Shown here piece after piece: positions 48,627-49,771 of a stretch of 49,771 nucleotides of DNA (positions are counted from its first letter, which is position 1; the number at the start of each line of letters is the position of its first letter). The translations under genes were made by a program, and so were the position numbers. Under the pieces are notes generated by a model. That model saw only the letters and a list, made by a program, of their open reading frames with translations. It made no database searches and was not told where the DNA came from. The DNA is from a virus (Duplodnaviria; Caudoviricetes), in the IMG/VR virus record IMGVR_UViG_3300047554_000377, positions 1 through 49,771 of that record. One strand, given 5' to 3'.

Positions 48627-49771
48627 TATAGATCCGCCTTAGGTTTAAGTGCCTTAGAAAGTGCTTGTCTTTCAGCTACTTCTTCTCCAGCAATAGTATC
48701 AGTATTTGTATTATTAATGAAACCGGTTTTAAGAGTGCTACGAGAATCGGTATTTGTTAGTGTATGTCGTACAGCATCCTCTCTCTTGATCCAGCGTATA
48801 CCGTCAAATCTAAACAGACGATTTGGAAAGAAGTCTGTTCTTAAGAAATAGTCACCGTCAACGGCACTGGCTGGGAAAGCAGTACCATGACCAAAATCTA
48901 CACCATTGTCTGGTATACCGTCTCCTAATAAGTAACCGGTATATCCACTCCTCTTTGGTCTCTCAGCCATGCGACTAGCATCTAATGTTGTAGAAGAAGT
49001 ATCTATATCTGTTTCATCTGCTGTCTTTAACAACGGTTTACCTTGGTCGTCAACTGCTAGTGTATAGAATTGTTCAGTTTGGTATCCGCTCAGTGGCGAA
49101 TCAGATTCTGCTTGAGCTAGTACAGCATCATTGATTTCTAACTCTTTAGATTTAGTACTGAGAACTTCTTGTAGGCTAGGTCCGGTATAGGTGCTGAAAT
49201 AATCTGTATCTGTTGGTAAGTTACCTGTAGTTTCTGCGGTTACTTGATATAAACTGCCTTCATATCTAACAACATCTCCTACTTTATATGTTGTTGTAGA
49301 ACTAAATTCACCTTTGAAGTTAACATCCGAATCAGCAGGCTTAACGAGGATATCTGAAAACTGTTGCTGGTCATTAAACTTACTTAATTTTAATCTATAT
49401 AAATGTGGATACCATGTCTTGCTAAATCCTTCTGCGGCTCTAGCAACATCACTGATAACAAAAAATCTTGGTAGGGCTATGTCGTGATCGTTGAGGGCGT
49501 GTTCATCTCTCAAATGCGGTAACTCAACAACATCGCCGGCTACGGGTTTACGACCTATGTTTTTAACAAAGTCGTTGATGTGTACAGTCATGAAAATCGT
49601 ATCGTTTTCAATAAACAAAGCAAATTGACTTAGATTAAAATCAATATCTTGTACATTGTATACACCACGTATTCTATAGATATCAGAACTGTACTTCCTA
49701 TCACGATTTTCTAAAAATAATAGGTCTTGTATGTTAGTTTCTTTAACAACGTCATACTGCGGTTGATCAGC
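48626..49771 (-). CDS. Neck/head-closure protein (T4 gp14-like), 5'-truncated by the window end
   Basis: The frame is open to 49771 (ADQPQYD...IQDLLFLENRDRKY...RGVYNVQDIDFNLSQFALFIEND), continuing GRKPVAGDVVELPHL; synteny with the gp15-like gene. Confidence 0.6.
   Translation of the reverse strand, partial: ADQPQYDVVKETNIQDLLFLENRDRKYSSDIYRIRGVYNVQDIDFNLSQFALFIENDTIFMTVHINDFVKNIGRKPVAGDVVELPHLRDEHALNDHDIALPRFFVISDVARAAEGFSKTWYPHLYRLKLSKFNDQQQFSDILVKPADSDVNFKGEFSSTTTYKVGDVVRYEGSLYQVTAETTGNLPTDTDYFSTYTGPSLQEVLSTKSKELEINDAVLAQAESDSPLSGYQTEQFYTLAVDDQGKPLLKTADETDIDTSSTTLDASRMAERPKRSGYTGYLLGDGIPDNGVDFGHGTAFPASAVDGDYFLRTDFFPNRLFRFDGIRWIKREDAVRHTLTNTDSRSTLKTGFINNTNTDTIAGEEVAERQALSKALKPKADL

Noticed and set aside
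1-49771. Stop-codon reassignment, CRISPR arrays, tRNAs, introns/inteins
   Set aside because: Genes tile densely as long intact ORFs under the standard code; no spacer-repeat array, cloverleaf or intein/intron signature seen

Overview
Virion morphogenesis region of a large, AT-rich T4-like (myovirus-type) phage. On the + strand is a head module (portal gp20, acidic core protein, prohead protease gp21, scaffold gp22, major capsid gp23). It is followed by about 39 kb of very large, modular fibre/appendage-like structural genes, many preceded by T4-late-like (N)ATAAATA boxes. An inverted three-gene modification cassette (GT9-like glycosyltransferase, SGNH-like protein, NodU/CmcH carbamoyltransferase) sits in this block behind a sigma70-like promoter. 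The window ends with - strand neck (gp14-like), tail terminator (gp15-like) and Nudix genes. Most notable: (1) eight helical repeats in two giant proteins that resemble the phycobiliprotein bilin-attachment segment (Cys-x-Arg-Asp); (2) apparent Russian-doll nested domain insertions in the 2436-aa protein; (3) three Cys/Gly-rich paralogs with two tail-fibre-chaperone-like partners; (4) a possible virion glycosylation/carbamoylation system; (5) a structured RNA leader after the capsid gene. All assignments come from motif recognition by eye; no database searches were run.
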